Positions 58,887-64,000 of a stretch of 64,000 bases of DNA are shown one piece after another (within the stretch, counting starts at the first letter, position 1; each line of letters begins with the position of its first letter). Origin of the DNA: Phyllosticta citribraziliensis (taxonomy: Eukaryota); NCBI RefSeq assembly GCF_038025025.1, contig NW_027117345.1, forward strand, positions 992,001 through 1,056,000, given 5' to 3'. The translations under genes were made by a program, and so were the position numbers. The notes beneath the pieces were generated by a model. It saw nothing but the letters and a program-made list of their open reading frames with translations, had not been told where the DNA came from and ran no database searches.

Positions 58887-61270
58887 ATGGGGAGCTACAC
58901 ATTCAGGTGGTACGGCCACTGACTCCGCCCCGACCTACCTGACATTGCGCGAGGCTGATCATTGTTTGAATCAGGGAACATCCGGCTACCTCTGTCCATG
59001 TCACGGGCACCTTTGACGACTGGGCCAAGAGCGTCGAGCTCGACAAGCAGCCCGACGGCGCTTTTGAAAAGACGGTGGACCTGCCCGGCAATGACGAAAA
59101 GGTCCAGTATAAGGTGAGATGCGCCCACTTTCCCACTTCCTGTTCCCAGCCCTGCGCAAATCTTGGCCGCACACACCGCTTACCACCCCCCGCGCAGTTT
59201 GTTGTCGACGGTGACTGGGTTACAAACCAGTCTGCTCCCCAGGAAGACGACGGCCACGGCATATTTAACAACGTCCTCTACCCCTCCGATTTGAAGCCCT
59301 CTTCCACCCAATTCCACACCATGTCGTCCGCCGCCCCCGACTCCACCACCGCCCACCTCGCCGGCGAACAGCCCAAAGAGACTCCGGGCCCCGACTCGGT
59401 GCCTGGCGCCTTTATCGAAACGCCCGCGAACGAAACCCAACAATTCTCTGTGAAGCCCATTCCTGCCTCTGATGGCGACGCCAATCCCATCCAGCTGGCC
59501 GCCGGCGAGCCTGTTCCCGACCCGTCCACCATAACTTCCAACACCATCCAATCGACCGTCAAGGACGATGAGGAGCTCAAGGCGCAGGACGAGCGCAACC
59601 AGACTTTTGGCATCAACCCGCTGCCCGCGAGCGACACTGCTGCGAACCCCGTCAAGCTGGCGCCTGGCGAAAAGATTCCCGGCGACGTCACCGCAAAAGA
59701 CATCAACAGCCATGCCACCCTGGACAAAGAGTCATACGAGAAGGGCGCTTCTGTGCCGCCGCAACTAGGCCCCGTCGTCACCCCTGAAAAGGACCGGGGC
59801 CCAAGCCTGTTTGATATTCCTGGTTTGACTGGCACCATCATTCCCGAGTCTAGCCTGCCAATCGGCGGAGATGTGAGCGTCGCTCAGGCCGATCCTGGTG
59901 TCGCAGTCCAGTCTGTGCATCCCGAGAGCACGACCGCTGCTCTCGCCGCCCAAGTTCCCAAAGAGCCCCGCAGCGTGCCCGAGGTTGTTTCGGAGAGTCA
60001 AGAGCAGGCGCACGCTGCGCCCGAGGCGTCTGCCAACTCTACTGCTGTCGACGAGAAGAAACAGGTTGAGCAGGAGCTGCACGAAAAGGTCCCCGAAAAG
60101 CCTGCCGCCGCCGAAAATGAGACAACCGGCGAGGCTGCCGGCAAGGTTGCCGGCTCCGTGGTTGGAGGTCTCGCGGCTGCCGGTGCCGTCGCTGGTGGCG
60201 CTGCTTACGTCGCGGGCAGCAAGGCAGCTGAGACTGTCAACGAGGGCGCCGCCAAGGCAAAGGAGACGCTCAACTCTTCGACCTCTCCTACAAATGACCT
60301 CAAGGAGCTCGCTAGCAATGCTGCTGCAAATGGCTCGGCATCCAAGGGCGTCCCCGAGCCCGTGTCTGACTCGTTCAAGGATGCTCACGCAAGTCCCGAG
60401 GCAGCTTCCAACGCCGAAGCCGTGTCGGAAAAGAAGGACGTCGAGAAGGAGCTCTTGAGCAAGGTCCCCGAGTCCAACGCAACGGGACAGCCCGAGTCAG
60501 AGTTCCCGGGTGTTCCCGCCGCCGTGTCAAACTCAATTGAAAAGGCCCACGAGAGCCCCGAGGCTGTCGCCAACCCGGAAGCTGTTGCTGACAAGAGGGA
60601 GTTTGAGGACGAGCTCAAGCACAAGGGCACTGCCTCTCTGACGCCAGCCGCAGCCTCCACCGCTGCTGTTCCCGATGTCGTCAAGGAGTCGATTGCCAAA
60701 GCCGATGAGGCGCCCGAGGCCGCGACCAACCCAGAGGCTATCAAGGAGAAGTCGGATGTCGAAAAGGAACTCAAGAAGGAGGTGAAGCCCACGGATGAGA
60801 TTGCCGACCCTGCTCCTACTGAGAGCGCCGCCTTGGCCACCACTGCCCCTGCTCCCACCACTGCCTCTGCCGCGGCATCTGATGCTCCCGCAAACGGAGG
60901 CCTGAGTGCCAATGCAGAGCAGCCCGCTCAGACAGATGCTACCAAGTCAGAGCAGGTCGCTAAGCAGTCCCAAGCAGTCTCTGCGCCCAACAATGGCATT
61001 AACTACAACCAGACCCACGGAGGCACCGAGAACCAGACAGAGCCTACCGTCACCGAAGGCACCGGCGAGACCACTGCTGTCCCCACAAAGTCGGGAGAAG
61101 GTGCCGAGGAGCCCCAGCCCGAGGGCAACGGCGCCGCCTCGCACCAGTCTCCCCCTGGTACGGCCAAGAGCGATAAGGGCGCCGAGACGGTCGCCAGCGA
61201 GGAGCGCAAGAAGAAGCGTAAGAGCTTCTTTGGCAGGCTCAAGGAAAAGTTCACCAGCCACAAGGACTAA
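58887..61270 (+). CDS. Crp1/Mdg1-like protein with N-terminal AMPK-beta-type glycogen-binding (CBM48) domain and acidic repeats
   Basis: Exons 58887-58909, 58975-59113, 59198-61270. MGSYTFRWEHPATSVHVTGTFDDW...QYKFVVDGDWV...DGHGIFNNVL, then repeats, and a basic tail KKKRKSFFGRLKEKF. Confidence 0.92.
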
Positions 61271-61603
61271 GTGTCTGGCACAGCTTATTTGGTCGTGGTG
61301 ATGGAAGTTTCAAACAGTCGTTGAATACCCGCTTTTGGCACTGGCTTGTTCGCATGCAACGCCATGTTCAGTATCCCTGGAAGCTGTATTGGACAGTTGG
61401 GTGTTTTCCAACACAGTCCGGCCGGCTCTCCTGCCTCTGCATTCTCCTCTCGCGCTGCTCCTAATTTCTCTCTCCCTCTCTTGACCCTTTTCCGCGGTGG
61501 ATGTCGTACTGTTGTATGGATGAATGGATGGGGTGACGGACAAATCGATGGGGATGCTAGATACCAGGCTTAATGATGGACAAGGATGGGACGTTGACGG
61601 ATT

Positions 61604-61634
61604 GGACGGATGGACGGACGGACGGACGGACGGA
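61604..61634. repeat. (GGAC)n microsatellite downstream of the CBM48 gene
   Basis: About 7 near-perfect tetramer units, read directly. Confidence 0.9.
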
Positions 61635-64000
61635 TTTCTCGAAGCATCATTCTGTTGTCGATTCAGCCCAGTCCTTTTTGGCCTTTTCGTTTTCTGCTTT
61701 CCCTGCTCTTGGTCTTTTTGAATCTAATGCTTTTCTCACAAGTCTCTCCCCGTCTCTTGCCTTCTCTTCTTGACTATCTTTGCTGTCCATGTCGTATATT
61801 GTCATGCATGTTGGTCGAATGAGCGGGCAGACCGACAGACGCTTCGTCCATTGTGTTGATTTAGCGTCCGCGTTCTTGCAGCAGCACCGCACCAGCAGCA
61901 GTAGTAGCGCAGCGCCTACCTTTGGTCTTTTTTCTCTTTGTTAGGCTCGTTCTGGCTCTGGGTTTCCTTTTCCTTTTTGTCATGGTGATGACTACTGTGG
62001 ATTTAGGTATTCTATATCTTGTCTATTGCCTCCCTCCGCGCTTTGATATTTCGTGCAGACAGCCGTTCAATTGCCCTGGCCCACTGGTCTCACCCTGCTC
62101 CCGCCCCCGCCCTGCCTGACTGCCTGTCTCTCTGCCCAACACCTCTTGAACGTCTTGACGCTGATCAACATCACGGAGCACTGATGACTTGTACACAGCG
62201 CAGGGAAAAGAGAAGTTACTCGAGAGACCGGGGCAGCGCTCACAGTCGTCTTCTTTCATTGTCCAATGCCTCCAGGAGACGAGTGCACCAAACGACGGGA
62301 AGGTTTGTCGGGTGGACGAGACTCGTCCTGCAGATTCGACGCCGAGGAATGCGACACCTTATATACCATGCTGAACGTACTTTCACATGCGGCTGTCACG
62401 GAGCATCACGGGGTTCAGTGACACCGGCTGCTCTTTGCTGCTTTCGCTGGCATGTGTAAGGTCTGGGAGGGCTCGTGCTCGTGCACGAGGTACGAAGCCC
62501 TATATGAGGTCTGAGAGGCTCCGCACGCAGTCACGAGGCATCAAGCCTGTTGCCCATCAAACGCCTACATTTGACTTGTTGAGGACGAAGTTCAGGGGCG
62601 TTGTGTCCATGGCTTCAAACTCAGACCGCAAAACAAGCAAAAAGCTCCATTTTCGCATTACATCTTTTGTTCAACTTTTCGCTTCATTTCTTTTCATGTC
62701 TCTCCTCGTTGTACTAACCCCCTTTCTTATGCCAAGATCTGGAAGACCATCATTGTTTTGACTTGCAGGTCAGGCTTCAGTTCGTGATGAAGCAGGTCCG
62801 CATCATCGACCTACGTTGTTTCCCCGAGCAGCCCCTGAGACCTACCTTTGCCCAGCCTCATCCTCAAAAGAAGAAATTCGGAAAGCCGCCCGAGAGCAAA
62901 GAGTGGAGCTTGATCTAATTCTGGGCACACAGAAGAGCAGGCGCAGTAGCGCTGCCGCCTGCTGTCTACGCGCCCGAAGGCTGGCCAGCGTGTTGCGAAG
63001 GAGAAAAAAGCGGAGACCGCAAGCAGTCTTAAATACAGATCCTTGGAAGGCTAGATCATGTGGAATTCCAAAGCCACGGGCCTGGTTGTCCGCGCGCCGG
63101 GTATGAAAAGCTTCTTGATCTTGCCGATTCTTCCACTGATCAGGACGCGAGGCCAATTTTTGCCATTGGGCAGACAGGAGAAAAGCTGCAGCACCTTGGA
63201 TCTGTAGCCATACTTCGGGCGTGGCTGAGATGCTCTTCTAGCTTGATTTTCTTCAGTGTTCGTCCGGGTCTTGTGCTATTTGCTCGCGAGGGTACCCTTC
63301 ACCATGACTCGACGATGAAAATCATCACCACTCCTGCAAGAAACCACCTCAGGCTGGCCACAAGCGGCAGAGCATTATTCAGAAACCGGAAACGAAAGTC
63401 GCGGGTCGGTGGGAGACAGCCCAAATACGCAAAGTGACCACGCGCTACGTTTGTTTTCGATCGCACGTCCACTGCGCGCCGTGGTTGAAAAGCAAAGGCA
63501 CAGAGTCTGCGGCTTTTATACGTTTCGCTTTCTTTTACAGGAGGATCCACGTGCGAGCGCGACTACCGGTACGTCAGGGGAAGGCGTGACCGCTGCATGT
63601 GAAGACTGCGGAGTCCATTGTCGGCGGAGCGCCTGGGGATAAAACGCTCGTCTTCCACGCGCTGTACCGGCATCGACAACCGCGTTGCAGCCATCAGCTT
63701 ATGAGATGGCCACTATGGAAGGTAGACTGTCGCTTTCTTCGGTGCCATCCACACCACTTGGTTGGCGTCCCCTGCTTGCCTGGAGCCTCGCTTTCCACTT
63801 TTGGTTGGTTTGCGATGTCTCGCGGTCTGGATTTGCCGGCGCATTCTTCGGGGCTGGATGACGTGGTCGTCGTTCGCTGTCTTGCCGGTACGCTTCATCA
63901 CCATGCCACGTTGATCGCGAGGACCAACACCTCAATCTCCTGATCCCACTTACTCTGTGTCAGCGCCTTTGTCAACAAAACTGCTCGAGAAAAAGCAGCA

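Noticed and set aside
62380..63450. Protein-like fragments with a TACTAAC..AG signal (possible pseudogene)
   Set aside because: Fragments lie in different frames and strands with no recognisable family or coherent gene model.

Overview
This is eukaryotic, GC-rich, microsatellite-rich DNA from a filamentous ascomycete. The short GT-AG introns with CT(A/G)AC branch points show this, and the proteins look Dothideomycete-like (inference). About 18 protein-coding genes can be modelled by hand. Recognisable ones: BNI4-like, RPS25, a MAPR/cytochrome b5-like heme-steroid-binding protein, GTR2/RagC, ARL3/ARFRP1, PUS7, a GAF-HisKA-HATPase-REC hybrid histidine kinase, a flavin-reductase-like protein, poly(A) polymerase, ANR2/DENND11-like and CRP1/MDG1-like (CBM48). 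The rest are hypothetical membrane or low-complexity proteins. There is one 461-bp non-autonomous TIR element (125-bp TIRs, RIP-like mutations, two TGACTCA sites) upstream of PUS7, plus several degenerate repeat arrays. No tRNA, rRNA, CRISPR array or autonomous transposon was seen. I found no convincing new multi-gene system. The best leads are the TIR element carrying Gcn4/CpcA-type sites, the kinase receiver domain split by three consecutive in-frame stop-free introns, a multi-pass membrane protein with an AT-hook, a PPxY membrane orphan flanked by direct repeats, and a hidden +1-frame tail behind a low-complexity ORF. All gene models were read by eye and no database searches were run.
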